Positions 8,385 through 15,973 of a stretch of 19,180 nt of DNA are shown here, piece by piece. Location of the stretch: the NCBI GenBank assembly GCA_021399395.1, contig JAAFKJ010000059.1:1-19180 (forward strand), read 5' to 3'. Both the position numbers and the translations under genes were made by a program. Origin of the DNA: Candidatus Heimdallarchaeota archaeon. Its GTDB lineage: Archaea > Asgardarchaeota > Heimdallarchaeia > Heimdallarchaeales > Heimdallarchaeaceae. The notes under the pieces are model-generated. The model ran no database searches. It was not told the origin of the DNA and worked only from the letters and a program-made list of their open reading frames with translations. Position 1 is the first letter of the stretch. Every line of letters starts with the position of its first letter.

Positions 8385-9317
8385 ATGCGATACGGATATT
8401 ATGTAAGAACTGAACTTAACTATCCTAAAATAAGTGAACTCACCAAAAGAGCTGAGGGAATGGGTTTTGAATCAGCCCATGTAAATGATCATCTGATTGG
8501 GTTTGATGAAAAGCAAGATAAGAAAGAACCATATCTTGAAGCTCTAATGCTTATGAGCGCTTTAGCTGTAGAAACCAAGAAGATCAAATTAGGCCATATT
8601 GTTTTGTGTAATTCCTTCAGAAATCCTGCATACTTGGCTAAGATGATAAGTACATTAGATCATATCTCGAATGGTAGAGCTTTGCTTTGGTTAGGAGCTG
8701 GTTGGTATGAAGAAGAGTATAAAGCTTACAGTATCCCCTTTTCTAATGGAAAACAGCGAGTAGATGAATTGGAAGAATCTTTGACAATTTACAAGAAATT
8801 GTTCACCGAGGACTCAACTGATTTCAAAGGCAAGTTCTGGACACTTGAAAATAATAGAAATTATCCTAAGCCAGTTCAGAAACCATACCCTCAGATTGTT
8901 CTTGGCACTACAGGAAAAAGGATGACCGAGATTGCTTGTAGAGAAGCTGATGGGATCAATCTTCCGTATGTTAAACCAGATGATCTTCCAAAATCGATTG
9001 AAGTCATTAAAGGACACTTAACGAAATATAAGAGAGATCCTAATACTTTCGAAATATCTTATTTTGGAGTAATAAACATCGTAAAAGACCAAGAAGAATT
9101 AGATAAACTAGTTCAAACGATAATAGAAAGGGCACCAGAAGATAAGAAACCAACAAAGGAAGATATTTTACGCAACCAATTCATAGGTTTTCCAGAAGAT
9201 ATAAAAGAAAAGATGGATACATTAGAAAATGTAGGTATCGATAAAATGGTGATTGCAGTCAGAAAATCTGAGACTATAGATGATCCATTGAAGTTGTTTG
9301 TTGATAAAATAATGTAG
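8385..9317 (+). CDS. LLM-class (luciferase-like) flavin/F420-dependent oxidoreductase
   Basis: AEGMGFESAHVNDH, FRNPAYLAKMISTLDHISNGR, LGAGWYEEEY and PKPVQKPYP motifs. Confidence 0.93.
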   Translation: MRYGYYVRTELNYPKISELTKRAEGMGFESAHVNDHLIGFDEKQDKKEPYLEALMLMSALAVETKKIKLGHIVLCNSFRNPAYLAKMISTLDHISNGRALLWLGAGWYEEEYKAYSIPFSNGKQRVDELEESLTIYKKLFTEDSTDFKGKFWTLENNRNYPKPVQKPYPQIVLGTTGKRMTEIACREADGINLPYVKPDDLPKSIEVIKGHLTKYKRDPNTFEISYFGVINIVKDQEELDKLVQTIIERAPEDKKPTKEDILRNQFIGFPEDIKEKMDTLENVGIDKMVIAVRKSETIDDPLKLFVDKIM

Positions 9318-9326
9318 GTGATAAAT

Positions 9327-9569
9327 GTGTATTCAAGTATATTTCATCGTTTAAGGAAAATTATTGTAGAAGTAGCTAATGTCAAAAGATATGTTGTTAC
9401 ATTTAACACATATTTTGAAGATGAACTAAAAATGAATGAAGATGACTTAGTGGAGTTGCGAAAAAGAATAGAGAACGAATTTGATATCTCTCTCCCTAAA
9501 AACATCTTCAAAGAGTTCAATATTGTTGGAGAGATTGTAGGATTAGTTGAAGCTGAACTAGGCAGATGA
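9327..9569 (+). CDS. Acyl-carrier-protein-like small protein lacking the phosphopantetheine-accepting Ser
   Basis: Aligns without gaps by eye to bacterial AcpP, but LGADSLD reads LKMNEDD. GTG at 9327 is preceded by SD AGGTGAT (9316-9322); the ORF track start is 9318. Confidence 0.75.
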   Translation: MYSSIFHRLRKIIVEVANVKRYVVTFNTYFEDELKMNEDDLVELRKRIENEFDISLPKNIFKEFNIVGEIVGLVEAELGR

Positions 9570-9604
9570 TGCAGTTGCGTCATCAAAAAGAAACAATAAA
9601 AGAA
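9565..9604. terminator. Hairpin plus minus-strand oligo-T tract between convergent genes
   Basis: GATGATGC-AGTT-GCGTCATC (9565-9584; 8 bp with one G-U pair), then an A-rich run (9585-9604) that reads T-rich directly after the DUF1015 stop. Confidence 0.5.
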
Positions 9605-9605
9605 G

Positions 9606-10880
9606 TTAGAGGAGTTTTTCCCCTTCTTCTAAACTTAACATTGTAAAACCACTTATCATTTTTGGATAGAAATCTGTAGCTTTCTGAGGCATTCTTTCTC
9701 CATTCTTTGCAACTTTTAGAACTTGATCTGCACTTGTAGGATTGAGAATGAAAGCAGCTTGATAGGTTCCGTTATCAACTTCTTCTACAGCTTCTTGCCA
9801 CCATCTTTCATAGAAGATATCATCATCGATGTGTAACTCACCTAATTCCATTATACCATGGAAGATCATATCTCTGAGTATAACGACATCAAGAGCTTTG
9901 AAGTCATCACTTGCATCTCCAACATATCTGTTAATTGAAGAAGCATCCTTCAAGATTAAAGATGTAGCTCTTCCATCTTGGTAAAAGACAAAAGTATGTT
10001 TATCCTTATTCTCTTTAAGAAACTTAGGAATATCTGTTTTTAGAATTTCATTCATGTCAAAGAATACTTTGAGTTCATTCATTTTCTCTTCAGAAACTTT
10101 AACTTTAGCTAAACAGCGATGGGTAGCAAGAATAACTAGACCTTCATCTTCAACAGGAACAAGATAAGTCATTCTAAACTCAGGAACGTCATCCTCACTC
10201 CATGATCCAGCAGCACTACGTCTCATATCTCTATAGGTTACAGCTGTTTCATAACGATGGTGTCCATCAGCTATGACTAATTGTTGATCTTGGAATACAT
10301 CTTGTACAATCTTAATATGAACGCGGTCAGTAAGTTTCCAAATGCGATTAAGAACACCTAAATCATCTTTAGCATTAATCAAAGGTGGCTCTTGAGATAT
10401 CTCATCAAACAAGTTTATTGTCTTCTTATCAGGGTCAGAATAAAGTATAAATCCAGTTTCAAGAGTGTGCTTTGTTGTTTTGAGCATATTCAATCTATCT
10501 ATCTTTGGACCTTTGTGAGTCTTTTCATGAGGTAAAACTATCTTCTCGTTAAATGGATGTAATCGTAAAGCACCAATGAACCCTTTTCTGATATATTTGT
10601 TACCAAACAACTCATATTCTTGATAATATACATAAAGACCTGGAATTTCATCTTTTTCTAGAATTTTTTCTAGCAACCATTTTTCCAGACGTTGTTTAGC
10701 AACTTCATAACGGTTTTCTTCACTAGGTAATGTTAATCTACAATAATTGTAGTCTGATTGATCATAATATTTCAGTTGCATCTCTGCATCTATCTTATCA
10801 TAGGGTTGAACAATTAATTTTTCAATGTCCCCTGCTTTTTCTGTGTATCTAATAGCCTTAAATGGTCTGATATCTACCAT
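9606..10880 (-). CDS. DUF1015 family protein (ParB/Srx-like core)
   Basis: IRPFKAIRY, PYDKI, LPHEKT, IADGHHRYETA, THR and RMPQKATDFYPK motifs. ATG at 10880 preferred over TTG at 10889. Confidence 0.92.
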   Translation of the reverse strand: MVDIRPFKAIRYTEKAGDIEKLIVQPYDKIDAEMQLKYYDQSDYNYCRLTLPSEENRYEVAKQRLEKWLLEKILEKDEIPGLYVYYQEYELFGNKYIRKGFIGALRLHPFNEKIVLPHEKTHKGPKIDRLNMLKTTKHTLETGFILYSDPDKKTINLFDEISQEPPLINAKDDLGVLNRIWKLTDRVHIKIVQDVFQDQQLVIADGHHRYETAVTYRDMRRSAAGSWSEDDVPEFRMTYLVPVEDEGLVILATHRCLAKVKVSEEKMNELKVFFDMNEILKTDIPKFLKENKDKHTFVFYQDGRATSLILKDASSINRYVGDASDDFKALDVVILRDMIFHGIMELGELHIDDDIFYERWWQEAVEEVDNGTYQAAFILNPTSADQVLKVAKNGERMPQKATDFYPKMISGFTMLSLEEGEKLL

Positions 10881-10987
10881 TGTAATCAAACTAGCTCAAC
10901 AAGAACTCTATTTTAATTTATTTATTAGAATATGTTTTACAAAATGCTCATTTTTTTCATATATGTTATTTTGCACAATAAGAAGTT

Positions 10988-11030
10988 ACGATATACCATG
11001 ATAGAACGATATACCAGAACAACGATATAT
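10988..11030 (+). repeat. Three direct repeats ACGATATA(CCA) in the DUF1015/actin divergent intergenic region
   Basis: ACGATATACCA at 10988-10998 and 11006-11016; ACGATATAT at 11022-11030. Start-to-start spacings are 18 and 16 nt. Confidence 0.8.
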
Positions 11031-11042
11031 CTTCATAAATCC

Positions 11043-11050
11043 TTATTAAT
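11043..11050 (+). promoter_or_regulatory. Candidate TATA box of the actin-like gene
   Basis: TTATTAAT lies 25-32 nt upstream of ATG 11075 and directly downstream of the repeats. Confidence 0.45.
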
Positions 11051-11074
11051 TTGGAAAAATAATATTATTTGAAA

Positions 11075-12538
11075 ATGACATCAGATAATTCAAAGTCTAA
11101 ACCAAGACATTGTGGAAAAATTATGCATCGTCTTTATATCCGTAAAGGCACAGAGAAGAGAAAATGGATAGCTGTAGGCTATTATTGTGATGAATGTTCT
11201 GAAATGCTTAAAGAATATGATTTGAAGAAGATGGTGACTATTCATGAATTTCCAACTGATGCTTTCAATCTAGTTGATAGAATAACCAATCCACAAAGTC
11301 TAGTCTTGGATCCAGGTTTTTCGCTTACTAAAGTTGGTTTTACTGGTGAGAAGATTCCAAGATTCATTTTTGATTCTGTTGTTTATTATAATGAGTCAGG
11401 AGAGTCGTTTATTCAACTAGCAGAAAAAACTGAAACTACTGTTAAGATAAAGAAGAAACACAGAATATTTAATATTGTAGAAAATAGAGAGGAATTGAAT
11501 AAGGACGTTTTTGAAATATTTCTCACGCACATATTTGAAAAACTCAAAGTCAAATCTTCGAAAACAGCTGTTTGGGTTATCGAAAAATATCATAATGCAA
11601 ATTATTCTGATTTCCTAAAAGGCAGATTGGATGTAATAAATAATAGTTCTTTACCTGAAAAAGCTAAACAGCATCTCAGGAAAGAGAAAAAAACCGAGTA
11701 TGTCAATGGTTTTGAAACAGCATCCTCAAACCGAAGAGCTATGGCTGAAGTCTTCTTTAATGTTTTCAAAACCCCTAAAGTATATTTCTCTGTAGGTGAG
11801 TTACTCTCACTTTATGCAGATAATCAAGTGACAGGAGTGGTTGTTGGAATTGGTGCTAATTCAACAAGAATAGTACCAATTTATGAGGGATTTATTATTT
11901 CTCATGGTTTAAGTATTCGTGAAAGAGGAGGGGTGGATGTTGTTAATCAAGTTAAAGAGTTTATCACTAAAGTCGGATTAAAAACCCCCAAATCATATCA
12001 TGTAGATTATCAAGTTCAAAAAAACACTCGATTAGCTTCAGAAGAATTTTGCTATATTGCAGATGATGTTAAATGTGAAATGAAGAAACGTAAAGAATCT
12101 GATAAGTATGCAAGATCAGTTAATGTTGTTCATGATATTCACATCAAACTAGATGAAATTCGATACCTTGCACCAGAGATTCTCTTCGAAAATGAACCTC
12201 TTAGTATCTTGAACAAGCCTGGAGACCTTGCTGATGCTGTTATTGAATCTATTCAGAAGTGTGATAAGGGATTAGCTAAGAGTCTATATTCTAACATCTT
12301 GCTAGTGGGTGGGGGGACATTGTATGAGGGTTTTAGTAAGAGATTTTATCAAGATCTTAAATCGAAGATTCCTGACAATATAGTATTCAATGCAACAGCA
12401 AAACCTGACAGATTAATTTCAGCATGGATAGGAGGATCAATTCTATCAGGTATGAAACTATTTGAGGAGAGGAAATTCTGGGTTTCTAAAGCTGAATATG
12501 AAGATAAGGGGTCATCAGCTGTAGATAGATGTATTTGA
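11075..12538 (+). CDS. Divergent eukaryote-type actin-family protein with an N-terminal zinc-ribbon-like domain
   Basis: LVLDPG...KVGFTGEKIPR, LLSLYA..TGVVV, VPIYEGF, RYLAPEILF, LYSNILLVGGGTLYEG, SAWIGGSILS and WVSKAEYEDKGSSAVDRCI all parallel actin motifs. The N-terminus carries HCG...YYCDEC. ATG 11075 preferred over TTG 11069. Confidence 0.93.
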   Translation: MTSDNSKSKPRHCGKIMHRLYIRKGTEKRKWIAVGYYCDECSEMLKEYDLKKMVTIHEFPTDAFNLVDRITNPQSLVLDPGFSLTKVGFTGEKIPRFIFDSVVYYNESGESFIQLAEKTETTVKIKKKHRIFNIVENREELNKDVFEIFLTHIFEKLKVKSSKTAVWVIEKYHNANYSDFLKGRLDVINNSSLPEKAKQHLRKEKKTEYVNGFETASSNRRAMAEVFFNVFKTPKVYFSVGELLSLYADNQVTGVVVGIGANSTRIVPIYEGFIISHGLSIRERGGVDVVNQVKEFITKVGLKTPKSYHVDYQVQKNTRLASEEFCYIADDVKCEMKKRKESDKYARSVNVVHDIHIKLDEIRYLAPEILFENEPLSILNKPGDLADAVIESIQKCDKGLAKSLYSNILLVGGGTLYEGFSKRFYQDLKSKIPDNIVFNATAKPDRLISAWIGGSILSGMKLFEERKFWVSKAEYEDKGSSAVDRCI

Positions 12539-12545
12539 TATGAGG

Positions 12546-13598
12546 TTATTTCAAACCCCATATTTCTTTTGTTTTTCTTTCTAAATCCTCTAAACCTTCA
12601 AATGAAGGCTTTTTCTTTCCTTCTTCGATTTCATGAACAGTTTCCAGAAGATATTTGTTCAAAGGAGTGTCTATACCTAATCTTTTTCCTTCTTGAACTA
12701 GATAACCATTAAGATAATCTATTTCAGATTTTCTTCCCCACTCAATTGATTGAAGACTTGAGGATTTCAGGTTCTTATATTTCCTACCAATAATTTTGAT
12801 GATAGACTGTTTAAAGAAATAGCTAAATGAGAAACCATGAAGCTCTTTTTTACTAATTGCTAAAGAGTAAAAACTCAAATTGTTAAGTTTCTGCAATTTG
12901 ATATTCTTAGCATTAGCTACTTGAATTCCTTCGGTGATTATGGTTAAGAAAGCGATTCTAGTTATCTTCCTTTGAAGCATTGCACCTAATGTCATACCAC
13001 TTATTACTCCAAAAGAAGCCACAGATAAGTTAATCAGAAGTTTTGAAAACTTGTCGTTCAAAATGTTGTTAGACCATTTTGTTGGGACTGTAAAAGACAG
13101 CTTTTCAATGATTTCGTCATCATTTTTCTGTTTCTGACCATCCATTCGTCCATAAACCATCTCACCTAGTGATGTTTTATTGGATTCAGCTGGACCTTTT
13201 TTTGATGCACCAAAGCTAACAACACAACCAACAAGATTTTCAGGATTTAGGCTTTCACTTAATTTCTCTTCTATCATACCATTAGTCATTGTAACAAGAG
13301 TGAAATCTTTACTTAGTTTTGGTTTGATTCTCTTTAATGCATCTTCTAGATGGTTAAGTTTTGTTACTATGAAAACCAAATCCAGATCATCAGGTAAGTC
13401 TTCAATTTGTAAAACAGGAGTAAGATTTTCTTTTACTATATATTCTCCGCTAATCCCTGTAACTTTCAAACCGCGTGATCTTACAAGATCCAATACTTCT
13501 TGATGTTTACATACAACATACAAAGGAAAATCATTTTTAGCTAAATCTGCAGCTATTACAGTTCCTATTGCTCCTAAACCGATTAATGCACTTTTCAT
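12546..13598 (-). CDS. panE: 2-dehydropantoate 2-reductase (ketopantoate reductase family)
   Basis: GLGAIG Rossmann motif, VTK, TNG, SKLLIN and SSLQ...GRKSEIDYLNGYLV...G..TPLN. True substrate not established. Confidence 0.85.
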   Translation of the reverse strand: MKSALIGLGAIGTVIAADLAKNDFPLYVVCKHQEVLDLVRSRGLKVTGISGEYIVKENLTPVLQIEDLPDDLDLVFIVTKLNHLEDALKRIKPKLSKDFTLVTMTNGMIEEKLSESLNPENLVGCVVSFGASKKGPAESNKTSLGEMVYGRMDGQKQKNDDEIIEKLSFTVPTKWSNNILNDKFSKLLINLSVASFGVISGMTLGAMLQRKITRIAFLTIITEGIQVANAKNIKLQKLNNLSFYSLAISKKELHGFSFSYFFKQSIIKIIGRKYKNLKSSSLQSIEWGRKSEIDYLNGYLVQEGKRLGIDTPLNKYLLETVHEIEEGKKKPSFEGLEDLERKTKEIWGLK

Positions 13599-13638
13599 TG
13601 AAATTAGGATAAGTTGGTTAATATTAAAATTTTCTACG

Positions 13639-13658
13639 AAAAAGAAAGAAGAAAAAAA
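13639..13658 (-). terminator. Archaeal oligo-T terminator after serA
   Basis: The minus strand reads TTTTTTTCTTCTTTCTTTTT immediately after the serA stop. Confidence 0.6.
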
Positions 13659-13660
13659 GG

Positions 13661-14584
13661 TTAGAGTTCTTTGAAAGCTTCAATTACTCTTTCTGCAGCT
13701 TGAACACTTGCTCTCATATTTCCTTCAGCTGTTTGAGCTCCTATATGAGGACTGATGATTACATGTTCATGCTTCAAAAGAGGATTATCTGCAGCTGGAG
13801 GTTCTTTTTCAAAAACATCAGTACAGTAATGACCTAACTGTCCAGATTGAAGAGCTTCAAAGGCTTCCTCTTCATTTACAATTCCACCTCTAGCACAGTT
13901 GATAAGAACTGTTCCTGGTTTCATCAAAGCGAATTGATCCTTACCGATCATATGTTTGGTTTCACTAGTAAGAGGTAGATGTAAACTGATATAGTCTGCA
14001 TTTTTGAGAATTTCTTCCATTGATCCCTTCATATCAATCACAGGATTTTCTGGAGCGAATTTATCGTATCCAATTGCACCCATTCCGAGAGCTTTACATT
14101 TAACTGCAAGACTTGTACCTATTCTTCCTGTACCAATTAGACCAAGTGTTTTTCCATCGATCTCTCTTGAGAACAACTCTTTCTTCATAGTTTTGTATGA
14201 TTCTGGATTTCCTTTAATTTCGCATGTACCTTTAACAACATCTCTTGTTGAAGCTAGAACCATTGTAAGAGCTAGCTCAGCTACAGAATTTGTTGTTGCT
14301 GCTGGTGTATTAACTACTTTAATACCGCGTTGCATAGTTGTTTCAAGATCAATGTTATCAAGACCGACTCCAGCTCTACCAATCACCTTGAGATTTACTG
14401 CTTTTTCAAGAAGTAATCCACGAACTTTGGTTGCTGAACGTACGATGATTGCGTCATAATCTGCTATAATGTGAGGTAGTTCTTCTTTGGGCAAATCCCA
14501 TGCAACATTTACTTCGAATCCTGCATCTTTTAAAACTTCAACTGCTTTTTCATTTAGTTTATCTGATAGAATTATTTTTGGCAT
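13661..14584 (-). CDS. serA: D-3-phosphoglycerate dehydrogenase (short form without ACT domain) / D-2-hydroxyacid dehydrogenase
   Basis: IVRSATKV, GRAGVGLDNID, GTGRIG, LHLPLT, NCARGG, DVFEKEP and PHIGAQT motifs. SD AGGTGA precedes ATG 14584. Coupled to the upstream aminotransferase. Confidence 0.85.
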   Translation of the reverse strand: MPKIILSDKLNEKAVEVLKDAGFEVNVAWDLPKEELPHIIADYDAIIVRSATKVRGLLLEKAVNLKVIGRAGVGLDNIDLETTMQRGIKVVNTPAATTNSVAELALTMVLASTRDVVKGTCEIKGNPESYKTMKKELFSREIDGKTLGLIGTGRIGTSLAVKCKALGMGAIGYDKFAPENPVIDMKGSMEEILKNADYISLHLPLTSETKHMIGKDQFALMKPGTVLINCARGGIVNEEEAFEALQSGQLGHYCTDVFEKEPPAADNPLLKHEHVIISPHIGAQTAEGNMRASVQAAERVIEAFKEL

Positions 14585-14593
14585 TTTTTTCAC

Positions 14594-15670
14594 CTATAGT
14601 TCCCAAATTTCTTCAATAGCTGCCAGTAGTTCTTTTAATCCTTCTAGAGTATGATCACCCATATGACCAATTCTAAAAGTGAGTCCTTTCAGCTTACCAT
14701 AACCATTGGCAATGACGAACCCTTTTTCAGCTAATTTTTTATTAAGATCTCCAACATCCTTCTCCAATTTGTTCTCAACAGTTGTTACAGTTACAGATTT
14801 GTATCCATCTTCTGCAAAGAGGCCAAAACCATGCTTTAGTGCCCATTCATGGGTGTAATCTGCCATCGCTTTATGTCTCTTATAGATATTTTCAGCTCCT
14901 TCTACTAACATCTGTTTGAGTTTATAGTCAAATGCAAATAGAAGAGAGATATTTGGAGTTGAAGGAGTCTGTTTCTTCTTTCCATAGTAATCTAACAGTT
15001 TTTCAAGATTGATGTAAGTCCCTTTGTTGGGAACATCTCGAGTTCTATCGTAAGCTGCTTGAGATACTATTACAACTGAGAGTCCAGGAGGTAAAGCAAA
15101 ACATTTCTGTGTGGAAGCAAAAACCAAATCTGTTCCCCATACATCTGGAAGCAATAAATCTCCACCCATGGAAGAAACTGCGTCAACAACCAGCAAAGTT
15201 TCAGGATAATTCTTTAACAAACTACCAACTGCTTCAAGATCAGCTTTTACACCTGTACTGGTTTCATTATAACATATAGTTACAATATCGTAATCAGATT
15301 CATCTAGTTTTTCTTTTATTAACTCTGGTTTGATAGCTTTACCCCATTCCACATCTAGTCTATCTGTTTCTATTCCACTATCAACAAGAGTATCATACAT
15401 CCTTGATGAGAAGGAACCATTGATACATGCTAGAGCTTTCTTACCTGGTCGGACAAGATTTCTAGCAGCTATATCCATGAAGATAGTACCAGAAGCGGTG
15501 TGAACTAAAACATGTTGTTCAGTTTTGAAAAACTTGCGTAATTGTGTTAAAACACTGTCATAAAGTAAAGTAAAATCATTACTTCTGTGACCAAACAAAG
15601 GTTTAGCTTGTGCTTTTAAAACATCATCTTCAACCTCAGTAGGTCCGGGTATCCATAATTTCTTGTGCAT
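14594..15670 (-). CDS. Class V PLP aminotransferase (alanine-glyoxylate / serine-pyruvate / archaeal phosphoserine aminotransferase family)
   Basis: IPGPT, HRS, NETSTGV, VDAVSS, STQKCFALPPG (PLP Lys), TPSTP and FRIGHMG motifs; SD AAGGTGAT upstream. Confidence 0.93.
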   Translation of the reverse strand: MHKKLWIPGPTEVEDDVLKAQAKPLFGHRSNDFTLLYDSVLTQLRKFFKTEQHVLVHTASGTIFMDIAARNLVRPGKKALACINGSFSSRMYDTLVDSGIETDRLDVEWGKAIKPELIKEKLDESDYDIVTICYNETSTGVKADLEAVGSLLKNYPETLLVVDAVSSMGGDLLLPDVWGTDLVFASTQKCFALPPGLSVVIVSQAAYDRTRDVPNKGTYINLEKLLDYYGKKKQTPSTPNISLLFAFDYKLKQMLVEGAENIYKRHKAMADYTHEWALKHGFGLFAEDGYKSVTVTTVENKLEKDVGDLNKKLAEKGFVIANGYGKLKGLTFRIGHMGDHTLEGLKELLAAIEEIWEL

Positions 15671-15973
15671 TCAAATCACCTTAATTATCACGCTGATTCA
15701 GTTTATTCTATAAAATAAAGGTTATTGTCTCACCCATAATTTTCAAAGCTAATAAACAGATGTTACCAATAAAGAGATGAATAACAATCTATTAGGAGAC
15801 CAACAACTAAGATTTTTTGAAAAAATATTGAATGTATTTATAAATGGAAGAATAATACAACGATAAAAAACGCTTAAAATACAATTTTCTGAAACTAGAA
15901 GCCCTTTTAATCGCTTTTGTATTGTGAATGTTATGGTAAGGTTTTTTTACTCAAGTTTAGAATAATGTGATTG

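Noticed and set aside
8814-9586. Antisense ORFs 8814-9017 and 9344-9586
   Set aside because: They are shadows of the LLM and ACP-like genes; the plus-strand ORFs carry the family motifs and SD.
10988-11030. Direct repeats as a mini-CRISPR or replication-origin (ORB) array
   Set aside because: The units are 8-11 nt with 5-7 nt gaps, far too short for CRISPR. There is no G-string ORB motif and no cas or orc1/cdc6 gene in the window.
12524-12538. Actin C-terminal DRCI as a CaaX prenylation signal
   Set aside because: The Cys is penultimate, matching actin C374 in RKCF, not fourth from the end.
12349-14459. ORFs 12349-12561, 13180-13503 and 14004-14459
   Set aside because: They are antisense to the actin, panE and serA genes and have no independent support.
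15854-15923. Imperfect inverted repeat AATACAA-CGATAAAAA ... TTTTAATCG-CTT-TTGTATT in the 300-nt divergent intergenic region
   Set aside because: It is very AT-rich and needs a bulge and a mismatch, so it cannot be told from chance without comparative data.
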